From an uncultured Lachnospiraceae bacterium (lineage in GTDB: Bacteria > Bacillota > Clostridia > Lachnospirales > Lachnospiraceae), in NCBI GenBank assembly GCA_951800225.1, contig CATOJX010000004.1:6578-70577 (forward strand): a stretch of 64,000 nt of DNA, written 5' to 3'. The stretch's first letter is position 1. Each line of letters starts with the position of its first letter. Shown in pieces: positions 9,160-18,177 of the stretch. The notes under the pieces were generated by a model, which was not told where the DNA came from, made no database searches, and worked only from the letters and a program-made list of their open reading frames with translations. Position numbers and translations under genes: made by a program.

Positions 9160-10344
9160 ATGGAAGACAGCAGTAAAAAGCATTCTTTTGGAAAAGGGCT
9201 TGTGGCAGGCATGGTAGCAGCCGCGATCATATTCGGTCTGACTGGCCGCGTGGGACAATTTATCTCTTCCCGATTAGGGGGACGCGGCGCACAGGAGGAA
9301 AGGATAGACGCCAAGTTAGATGAGCTGGACCAGTATATCGATCAGTATTATCTGTTTGATTATGAGGAAGAGAATCTGGAAAGCGGAATCTATAAAGGTC
9401 TGATGGCGGGATTGGGAGATATCTATACAGGGTATTATACGCCGGAAGAGTACGCCAGTTTTATGGAGACATCCAATGGTGCTTACAGCGGGATTGGAGC
9501 TATGCTAAGACAGGACTATAGGAACGGAATTATCGCGGTCTATCGAGTGTTTGACGGTTCGCCTGCGGCAGAGGCCGGGATAGAAGAAGGAAATATTCTT
9601 TATACTGTGAAAGGTGAGGAAGTGACAGGGAAGGATCTGTCGCTTGTAGTGACAGACCTAAAAGGGGAAGAAGGTTCCACGGTGGATATAAGTATTCTGA
9701 AAGATCCGTCGGATCCGGCATCGGAGGTGGCGCTTACTTTAACCCGCAGGCATATTGAGGTGCCGACGGTAGAATTTCAGATGATTGATCAGGAGATCGG
9801 TTATATTGCCATTACAGAATTTGACGATGTGACGGATGATCAGTTTATGGCGGCATTGGACGCGTTGGAGGCGCAGGGAATGAAAGACCTGGTGATTGAC
9901 CTTCGAAATAATGGCGGAGGTTTAGTGGATGTGACCTGTGCGATTTTGGACCGATTGCTTCCGGAAGGTCTGATTGTATATACGGAAGATAAATATGGGA
10001 ACCGTCAGGAAGAAAAGTCTGATGCAGAACATTATTTTTCGGGCGGCATGGCAGTGCTGGTTAATGGCAATAGCGCCAGTGCGTCAGAGATTTTTGCCGG
10101 AGCCATCAAGGATTATGGTGTTGGCGTGCTGGTAGGAACTCAGACCTTTGGCAAAGGGATTGTCCAGAGCCTCTTTCCTTTAAGCGACGGTTCGGCGGTT
10201 AAGATCACCGTATCCAGATATTATACACCTAAAGGAAATAATATTCATGAAGTGGGGATTACGCCCGATGTGATTCTTGAATATGACGAGGATGCAGAAG
10301 AAGACAATCAGCTTATGAAAGCGCTGGAAATTTTAAGCAAGTGA
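9160..10344 (+). CDS. ctpA: S41-family carboxy-terminal processing peptidase (CtpA-like) with PDZ domain
   Basis: S41 motifs GNSASASE (Ser) and TFGKG (Lys), plus an N-terminal TM helix. The ATG at 9160 has AAGGAG 9 nt upstream; the ORF-track start at 9115 is a TTG overlapping the upstream stop. Confidence 0.88.
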   Translation: MEDSSKKHSFGKGLVAGMVAAAIIFGLTGRVGQFISSRLGGRGAQEERIDAKLDELDQYIDQYYLFDYEEENLESGIYKGLMAGLGDIYTGYYTPEEYASFMETSNGAYSGIGAMLRQDYRNGIIAVYRVFDGSPAAEAGIEEGNILYTVKGEEVTGKDLSLVVTDLKGEEGSTVDISILKDPSDPASEVALTLTRRHIEVPTVEFQMIDQEIGYIAITEFDDVTDDQFMAALDALEAQGMKDLVIDLRNNGGGLVDVTCAILDRLLPEGLIVYTEDKYGNRQEEKSDAEHYFSGGMAVLVNGNSASASEIFAGAIKDYGVGVLVGTQTFGKGIVQSLFPLSDGSAVKITVSRYYTPKGNNIHEVGITPDVILEYDEDAEEDNQLMKALEILSK

Positions 10345-10356
10345 AATAAATTGAAA

Positions 10357-10382
10357 GATTGCATATAAAAATGATTGCATAT
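10357..10382 (+). repeat. Two direct copies of GATTGCATAT upstream of gdhA
   Basis: Copies lie at 10357-10366 and 10373-10382. The second contains a -35-like TTGCAT placed 17 nt from TAAAAT (10398-10403). Confidence 0.5.
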
Positions 10383-10431
10383 CCAGGAAAATAGTTATAA
10401 AATGTTACTGTTGCAAATGGAAAATTTATAA

Positions 10432-11784
<1,353 letters not shown>

Positions 11785-11820
11785 TGTTGATGTTTTGGTG
11801 CTTTTAGCATGTATATACAC

Positions 11821-11860
11821 AAAAAAAGAGGATACCGTGAAGATGCGGTATCCTTTTTGT
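11821..11860. terminator. Bidirectional rho-independent terminator between convergent gdhA and glnN
   Basis: An A-tract, the stem AGGATACCG (11829-11837) pairing with CGGTATCCT (11846-11854), then a T-tract. Confidence 0.65.
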
Positions 11861-11872
11861 ATGAAGTCGGAA

Positions 11873-13984
11873 TCAAATTTCAAACATCAGATCCCCATAG
11901 GACGGCATAGGCCATACTTCTTTGTCTACCAACATTTCCAACGTATCGATGGGACGGCGCAGCGCGCCCATAGCAGGCAGGACAAAATTGTGGTAATAAT
12001 GTGCTTTGGTTTCGTTATCTTCAATTGTGGTTGCTTCTTTGGAAACTTCGCGTAAAATTTCCACAGCACCCCGGGCTTCTTTTAAAAGTGTGCTGATATC
12101 TTTTAAAAGATCTAACTGAACCGTAGCATCCACACCGATACTGTTCATTGACTGTACGATGCCGGACAAGGTGCCGGTATAGCCGATTACGGCTGGGATA
12201 ATCTGTTTCACAGCCATATCGATCATAGTCAGTGCTTCGATGTTGACAGCTTTATTGTAAGTTTCATATTTAATCTCGGCACGGGAGTGGAGCTCTGTCT
12301 CTGTAAAGACACCGAAACGCTCAAACATACGAATGGATTTCTCTGTCACTAGCGCAGGTATTGCGTCAATCATAGAGCGCAGATTGGGAAGTCCTCTTCT
12401 CTTGGCTTCTTCCACCCACTCTTCTGAATAGCCGTTACCGCCAAAAATGATCTTTCTGTGTTCAGCAATATACTGTATGGTCAGGTCATGGAGCGCCGTG
12501 TCAAAATCTTCCGCCTTTTCTAAGACATCACAGGCTTCCGCAAATGCTTCCGCTACGATGGTATTGATGACGACTGTGGAAGGCGCGATGGAGTCCCTGG
12601 AGCCTACCATACGAAACTCAAATTTGTTGTTAGTGAACGCAAAGGGGGATGTGCGATTGCGGTCCGTGGCATCTTTGATCACATCCGGCAAAGTCTTCAC
12701 GCCTGTGTGAAGCTTTCCGCCTTTGATACTGTGCGTAGCATTGCCGGTGCTTAAAAGCTGTTCTAGCACGTCGTCTAGCTGTTCTCCCAAGAAGACAGAA
12801 ATAATTGCCGGCGGCGCTTCATGATCACCTAAACGGTGGTCGTTGCCCACATTGGCAGCAGATTCCCGCAAAAGATCCGCATGCGTGTCTACTGCTTTTA
12901 AAATACAGGCCAGGATTAGAAGAAACTGTCGGTTTTCATGGGGTCTTTTGCCCGGATCCAACAGGTTGATGCCGTCGTCGGTAGTCAAAGACCAGTTGTT
13001 GTGTTTGCCGGAACCGTTGACGCCTGCAAAAGGCTTTTCGTGCAGCAGACATACCAGTCCCTGTCGGACGGCGATTCTTTTTAAAGTCTGCATCATAATC
13101 TGATTATGGTCTGCCGCCACGTTGGCCTCGGCATAGATGGGCGCCAGCTCGTGTTGGGCCGGAGCCACTTCGTTATGCTGGGTTTTGGCGGGGACCCCCA
13201 TTTTCCACAGCTCTTCGTTAACCTGGTGCATAAAAGCGCCGACCCTTTGGCGGATTGTTCCAAAATAATGGTCGTCTAACTCCTGCCCTTTGGGCGGCAT
13301 GGCGCCAAACAGGGTGCGTCCGGTGTAGATCAGGTCTTTCCTTTGCAGATATTTCTGTCGGTCGATCAAGAAATATTCCTGTTCCGCTCCGATGGAAGGC
13401 GTTACCTTTTTAGATGTGGTGTTTCCAAACAGTTTAAGAACACGAAGCGCCTGCTGCTGAATGGCTTCCATGGAACGAAGAAGGGGTGTCTTCTGGTCCA
13501 GAGCTTCTCCGGTAAAAGAGCAGAAAGCGGTAGGGATGCACAGGATGGCGCCCGCCGCGTCTTCGCGCACAAAAGCGGGAGAGGTGCAGTCCCAGGTGGT
13601 ATAGCCTCTGGCTTCAAAAGTGGCGCGAAGGCCGCCGGAGGGGAAGGAAGAAGCATCCGGCTCTCCCTTGATCAAATCTTTTCCGGAAAATTCCATCAGG
13701 ACTGAACCGTCTTCTTTAGGGGGTGTTAAGAAAGAGTCATGCTTTTCGGCGGTGACACCGGTCAGTGGCTGAAACCAGTGGGTGTAATGGGTTGCGCCTT
13801 TTTCGATGGCCCATTTTTTGATGGCGGCCGCTACCACGTCCGCGATGGCGGGATCCAGATCTTTCCTGCCTTCGATCGTTTTGCGAAGTTCATAATAGAT
13901 GGTCTTCGGGAGATACTGACGCATGGCTTTGTCATTAAATACGTTGGTTCCGAAGAGTTCTATAATTGAAGAGGTATTTTCCAT
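11873..13984 (-). CDS. glnN: Type III glutamine synthetase (GlnN)
   Basis: At 703 aa it has the characteristic GSIII length, and its N-terminus (FGTNVFND...MRQYLPK) matches. Conserved GS catalytic region with ...[11 protein letters not shown].... Confidence 0.9.
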   Translation of the reverse strand: MENTSSIIELFGTNVFNDKAMRQYLPKTIYYELRKTIEGRKDLDPAIADVVAAAIKKWAIEKGATHYTHWFQPLTGVTAEKHDSFLTPPKEDGSVLMEFSGKDLIKGEPDASSFPSGGLRATFEARGYTTWDCTSPAFVREDAAGAILCIPTAFCSFTGEALDQKTPLLRSMEAIQQQALRVLKLFGNTTSKKVTPSIGAEQEYFLIDRQKYLQRKDLIYTGRTLFGAMPPKGQELDDHYFGTIRQRVGAFMHQVNEELWKMGVPAKTQHNEVAPAQHELAPIYAEANVAADHNQIMMQTLKRIAVRQGLVCLLHEKPFAGVNGSGKHNNWSLTTDDGINLLDPGKRPHENRQFLLILACILKAVDTHADLLRESAANVGNDHRLGDHEAPPAIISVFLGEQLDDVLEQLLSTGNATHSIKGGKLHTGVKTLPDVIKDATDRNRTSPFAFTNNKFEFRMVGSRDSIAPSTVVINTIVAEAFAEACDVLEKAEDFDTALHDLTIQYIAEHRKIIFGGNGYSEEWVEEAKRRGLPNLRSMIDAIPALVTEKSIRMFERFGVFTETELHSRAEIKYETYNKAVNIEALTMIDMAVKQIIPAVIGYTGTLSGIVQSMNSIGVDATVQLDLLKDISTLLKEARGAVEILREVSKEATTIEDNETKAHYYHNFVLPAMGALRRPIDTLEMLVDKEVWPMPSYGDLMFEI

Positions 13985-13993
13985 AAATGATCC

Positions 13994-14038
13994 TTTCTTT
14001 AAGATACGGGTTAAAAAATTTCCATTTCTTTAAGATAC
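13994..14038 (-). repeat. Perfect 14-bp direct repeat in the glnN 5' leader
   Basis: Plus-strand TTTCTTTAAGATAC occurs at 13994-14007 and 14025-14038 (GTATCTTAAAGAAA on the glnN strand). The proximal copy abuts or overlaps the glnN RBS (AAAGGA). Confidence 0.8.
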
Positions 14039-14083
14039 AATATCCTGCGAAAAAGTACAATAGAAAATGAAAAAAGTTTATGA

Positions 14084-14112
14084 TTGTATTCTTTGTATAA
14101 ATTTCCTATAAT
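14084..14112 (+). promoter_or_regulatory. Sigma-A-type promoter for hydF
   Basis: TTGTAT (14084-14089), a 17-nt spacer, then TATAAT (14107-14112). Confidence 0.45.
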
Positions 14113-14158
14113 ATAGCTATGACATAGAGAGTTTATCAGAGAATAGGAGATGCAGCAT

Positions 14159-15364
14159 ATGGGATTAAATGATACACCTCTGGCAAATCGAACACATATC
14201 GGTTTTTTTGGAAGAAGAAACGCGGGAAAGTCCAGTGTGGTAAACGGAGTAACTGGGCAGGAACTGGCTGTGGTTTCTGATACCAAAGGAACCACGACGG
14301 ATCCGGTATCCAAGACGATGGAGCTTCTGCCTTTGGGACCGGTGGTGATCATTGATACTCCTGGATATGATGACGAGGGAAATCTGGGAGAAAAACGGAT
14401 CAAAAAAACAAAACAGGTACTAAATAAAACGGACATTGCAGTGCTGGTGCTGGATGTCACGGTGGGGAAGGGAGCCTGTGAGGATGAACTGATCCGCCTG
14501 TTCAAAGACAAAGACATACCTTATCTTCTGGTCTACAATAAATCGGACCTTTTAGATCAGTCTCCGCAGGCAGGCAAAGACGAGATCTATGTGAGCGCTC
14601 TGGAAGGGAAAGGTATGTGGGAGCTAAAGGAGCGGATCGGCGCGCTGGCGCCTAAAGAAGGCGCAGGGGTACGGCTGGTGGCAGATCTGATCGGACCGAA
14701 AGATTTTGTGGTACTGGTGACGCCCATTGATTCGGCCGCACCCAAAGGCCGTATGATTTTGCCTCAGCAGCAGGCTATTCGGGATGTGCTGGACGCAGAT
14801 GCCACAGCCATTGTCGTGAAAGAGTCCGAATTAAAAGAGACATTTGCTTCTCTGGGGAAAAAGCCTGCTTTGGTGGTGACGGACAGTCAGGCCTTCGGGC
14901 GTGTGTCCCGGGATACGCCGGAAGATATTCCGCTTACGTCCTTTTCCATCTTGATGGCACGATATAAAGGGATTCTGGATTTTACGGTTCCGGGGGCGGC
15001 GGCCATCGACCGGTTAAAAGACCAGGATACGGTTCTGATCGCGGAAGGCTGCACACACCATCGTCAGTGCGGGGATATCGGGACGATGAAATTACCGGCC
15101 TGGCTTAAGAAGCATACAAGAAAAGAGCTGTCTTTTGCGTTTTGCTCAGGTACGGAATTTCCCGAGGAGCTTTCATCGTACGCGCTGGTATTGCACTGCG
15201 GCGGCTGTATGCTGAATGAGAGAGAAGTCCGTTACCGGATGAAGTGCGCCAGGGATCAGAGTGTTCCCATGACGAATTACGGTGTGGCCATTGCCCATAT
15301 GCATGGCATTTTGAAGCGAAGTATATCCATGTTTCCTCATCTTTTGGAAGCATTTTCGGATTGA
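14159..15364 (+). CDS. hydF: [FeFe]-hydrogenase maturation GTPase HydF
   Basis: GTPase motifs GRRNAGKSS, DTPG and NKSD. C-terminal FeS-ligand motifs are CTHH and HCGGC. The ATG at 14159 is better spaced from GGAG than the one at 14150. Confidence 0.88.
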   Translation: MGLNDTPLANRTHIGFFGRRNAGKSSVVNGVTGQELAVVSDTKGTTTDPVSKTMELLPLGPVVIIDTPGYDDEGNLGEKRIKKTKQVLNKTDIAVLVLDVTVGKGACEDELIRLFKDKDIPYLLVYNKSDLLDQSPQAGKDEIYVSALEGKGMWELKERIGALAPKEGAGVRLVADLIGPKDFVVLVTPIDSAAPKGRMILPQQQAIRDVLDADATAIVVKESELKETFASLGKKPALVVTDSQAFGRVSRDTPEDIPLTSFSILMARYKGILDFTVPGAAAIDRLKDQDTVLIAEGCTHHRQCGDIGTMKLPAWLKKHTRKELSFAFCSGTEFPEELSSYALVLHCGGCMLNEREVRYRMKCARDQSVPMTNYGVAIAHMHGILKRSISMFPHLLEAFSD

Positions 15365-15374
15365 GAGGTGAAGG

Positions 15375-15800
15375 ATGAAGATTTCTACAAGGGGCAGATA
15401 CGCCCTTCGGATCATGCTGGATCTCGCATTGTCGGATTCGGGTCGTCCGGTCCGGGTCAAAGAGATCGCCAGGCGGCAGGAGATATCGGAAAAGTATATG
15501 GAACAGATCATATCTGTTTTAAATAAGGCAGGATATGTGCGCAGCATCCGGGGTCCACAGGGTGGATATTTCCTGGCGAAAAAACCGGAGGAATATACAG
15601 TTGGCATGATTCTGCGTTTGACAGAGGGAAGTATGTCGCCGGTGGAGTGTTTAGAATATGAGGATCACTGTATGAGACAGGAAAAATGTGTGACCTTTCT
15701 TTTGTGGAAAAAGCTGGATGAAGCCATACGAAGCGTGATTGACGAGGTGACGTTAGAAGACTTGATCAGTTGGAGCAGAGGACAGGATTATTCCATTTGA
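15375..15800 (+). CDS. Rrf2-family (IscR/CymR-like) transcriptional regulator
   Basis: N-terminal MKISTRGRYALRIMLDLA wHTH. A three-Cys cluster CLEYEDHCMRQEKC (C-x6-C-x5-C) is consistent with an FeS-binding Rrf2 regulator. Confidence 0.88.
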   Translation: MKISTRGRYALRIMLDLALSDSGRPVRVKEIARRQEISEKYMEQIISVLNKAGYVRSIRGPQGGYFLAKKPEEYTVGMILRLTEGSMSPVECLEYEDHCMRQEKCVTFLLWKKLDEAIRSVIDEVTLEDLISWSRGQDYSI

Positions 15801-15820
15801 AACCTTTAGAAAGGCTTGCT

Positions 15821-16408
15821 ATGGCGAAGAAAAATCAAAAAAAGACCAAAAGCAAAATTGTATCCGCCGCATGGAGGCTGTTTTATGAGCAGGGGTACGA
15901 AGATACGACTATTGAGGAAATTGTGGAGGAATCCGGAACTTCCAAGGGCTCCTTTTATCATTATTTTGAAGGAAAAGACGCGCTTCTTGGTTCTTTGGCC
16001 TATATTATGGATGAAAAGTATGAGGAATTAGAACCAACCCTTGCAAAGGATATGGATAGCTATGAGACGCTTCTGTACTTAAGCCATGAACTTCTAACCA
16101 TGATAGAAGAATCTATTAATATGGATCTTTTGGCAAGACTTTATTCTACACAGCTCGTAACGAGAGGGGATAAGCCGCTTTTAGACCACGGACGTACTTA
16201 CTACAGGCTGTTAAGAAAGGTTATCTCCCAGGGACGTGAACGGGGCGAACTGACGAAAAAGATGAGCGTCAGCGAAATGGTGCATTATTATGCCATGTGC
16301 GAGCGCGCTCTGCTTTATGAGTGGTGCCTGCGTAAGGGAGAATATTCTCTTTCGGAGGAAGCTGCAAGAAAACTGCCTATGATGATCGGGAGTCTTCGGT
16401 TAGACTAA
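15821..16408 (+). CDS. TetR/AcrR-family transcriptional regulator
   Basis: TetR_N HTH: IVSAAWRLFYEQGYEDTTIEEIVEESGTSKGSFYHYF. The start is assigned to the ATG at 15821 (MAKKNQKK). Confidence 0.88.
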   Translation: MAKKNQKKTKSKIVSAAWRLFYEQGYEDTTIEEIVEESGTSKGSFYHYFEGKDALLGSLAYIMDEKYEELEPTLAKDMDSYETLLYLSHELLTMIEESINMDLLARLYSTQLVTRGDKPLLDHGRTYYRLLRKVISQGRERGELTKKMSVSEMVHYYAMCERALLYEWCLRKGEYSLSEEAARKLPMMIGSLRLD

Positions 16409-16410
16409 AA

Positions 16411-16426
16411 ATAGAATAGATTCTAT
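16411..16426. promoter_or_regulatory. Palindrome ATAGAAT-AG-ATTCTAT just upstream of the putP promoter (candidate operator)
   Basis: 7-bp inverted arms lie at 16411-16417 and 16420-16426, 14 nt upstream of the -35 element and immediately downstream of the TetR gene. Confidence 0.35.
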
Positions 16427-16439
16427 ACTTTACTCTGTA

Positions 16440-16468
16440 TTGTATCCTGTTCTCATTTGTGCTAAAAT
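16440..16468 (+). promoter_or_regulatory. Sigma-A-type promoter with extended -10 for putP
   Basis: TTGTAT (16440-16445), a 17-nt spacer, then TGc-TAAAAT (16460-16468). Confidence 0.5.
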
Positions 16469-16534
16469 GCAAAAATAGTGCAAAAAATAAGCTGTTTTTT
16501 GCAGAATATAAATAGAATGAGAGGGAGAATAAAA

Positions 16535-18064
16535 ATGGTATCTACTAAATTACTGATGCTTTTGGCCATTGTCATCTACTTGATTGTGGTGGTAGGAATC
16601 GGCGTGGTCCTGGCAAAGAAAAACCGTACGACAGAAGACTTTTACCTGGGAGGCCGTAAATTAGGTCCTTTTGTTACCGCTATGAGTGCGGAAGCGTCGG
16701 ATATGAGCAGCTGGCTTTTGATGGGACTTCCGGGTGTGGCATATGTGACCGGTCTGGCGGATGCCGCGTGGACGGCTATTGGGCTTGCCATCGGCACTTA
16801 TATTAACTGGCTGGTAGTGGCGAAAAGGTTGCGCCATTATACCCGTGAGGCGGGCAATGCAACCACGCTTCCTTTGTTTTTTTCAAACCGTTACAGAGAT
16901 GAGAAAAAGTTTTTGTCGGTCATAGCGGCGGTATTGATCATTATATTTTTCGTGCCGTATACAGCCTCCGGTTTTGCTGCCTGCGGAAAACTTTTTTCCA
17001 GTTTATTTGGATGGGATTACCTGCCGGCTATGATGATCAGTGCTGTCGTTATTGTTGCCTATACGACTCTCGGCGGCTTTTTGGCAGCGAGTACATCCGA
17101 CTTTTTACAGAGTATTATTATGACTGTTGCGATTTTGGTGGTATTTGGTTTTGGCATCAATAATGTGGGTAGTTTTGGAGCGATTATTGACAATGCCCGC
17201 TCCATGGGGGGATATTTCAGTTTGACGCAGATCTATGATCCGGCTACGGGTACAGCTGCTCCTTATGGCGCGTTGACGATCGCATCCATGCTTGCTTGGG
17301 GGCTTGGATATTTTGGTATGCCTCATGTGCTGCTGCGCTTTATGGCTATTGAAGATGCAAAGAAACTGACACTTTCAAGGCGTGTGGCGTCTGTCTGGGT
17401 GGTAATCTCCATGGCTGTGGCGATCTTTATCGGTGTGATCGGAAACGCCATGACAAGTGTAGGTTCTATTCCGGTGCTGGAAGACTCCGAGACGATTATT
17501 ATAACCATTGCGGATCTTATTTCTCAGCATGGCGCATTGGCGGCTCTTGTGGCAGGCGTAATCCTGGCAGGCATCCTGGCGGCTACCATGTCTACAGCGG
17601 ACTCCCAGCTTCTTGCCGCGTCCTCCAGCGCTTCTCAGAATATTTTAAAAGAAGTGTTTGTAAAGGATATGGATGAGAAGACAGGAATGCTTACGGCCCG
17701 GATTACCGTGTTGGTTATCGCGGTGGTCGGTGTATTTATTGCAAGAGATTCCAACAGCTCTGTATTCCAGATCGTATCCTTTGCCTGGGCAGGTTTTGGC
17801 GCTTCTTTCGGGCCTCTTGTGCTGATGGCTTTGTTTTGGAAGCGTTCCAACAAACAGGGCGCATTGTGGGGAATGTTAAGCGGCGGTGTTATGGTATTCA
17901 TATGGAAATTTCTGGTACGCCCTATGGGCGGAGTTCTGGGTATTTATGAATTGCTGCCGGCTTTCCTGGTAGGGCTTGCCGTTCATGTGGCAGTGAGTCT
18001 CGCGACGGCAGAACCGTCTAAAGAGATCCAGGACGAATTTGACCGGGTAGCGGCAATGAAATAA
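16535..18064 (+). CDS. putP: Sodium:proline symporter (SSS family)
   Basis: GGRKLGPFVTAMSAEASDMSSWLLMGLPG closely matches the PutP signature. About 13 TM helices. RBS GAGAGGGAGA precedes the ATG at 16535. Confidence 0.88.
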   Translation: MVSTKLLMLLAIVIYLIVVVGIGVVLAKKNRTTEDFYLGGRKLGPFVTAMSAEASDMSSWLLMGLPGVAYVTGLADAAWTAIGLAIGTYINWLVVAKRLRHYTREAGNATTLPLFFSNRYRDEKKFLSVIAAVLIIIFFVPYTASGFAACGKLFSSLFGWDYLPAMMISAVVIVAYTTLGGFLAASTSDFLQSIIMTVAILVVFGFGINNVGSFGAIIDNARSMGGYFSLTQIYDPATGTAAPYGALTIASMLAWGLGYFGMPHVLLRFMAIEDAKKLTLSRRVASVWVVISMAVAIFIGVIGNAMTSVGSIPVLEDSETIIITIADLISQHGALAALVAGVILAGILAATMSTADSQLLAASSSASQNILKEVFVKDMDEKTGMLTARITVLVIAVVGVFIARDSNSSVFQIVSFAWAGFGASFGPLVLMALFWKRSNKQGALWGMLSGGVMVFIWKFLVRPMGGVLGIYELLPAFLVGLAVHVAVSLATAEPSKEIQDEFDRVAAMK

Positions 18065-18070
18065 AAAGCA

Positions 18071-18106
18071 GGGAGGGACAAAGTATCCCTCCCATATCTG
18101 TTTTTA
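18071..18106 (+). terminator. Possible terminator after putP
   Basis: Stem GGGAGGGA (18071-18078) pairs with TCCCTCCC (18086-18093). The T-run (18101-18105) starts 7 nt after the stem, so this is a weak call. Confidence 0.4.
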
Positions 18107-18177
18107 GGGCATTTCCTTTTTGCGCATATAGTGGTATACTGTTATAGGAAAAGGCGGAAGGAAAGGTATGGTGCAAG

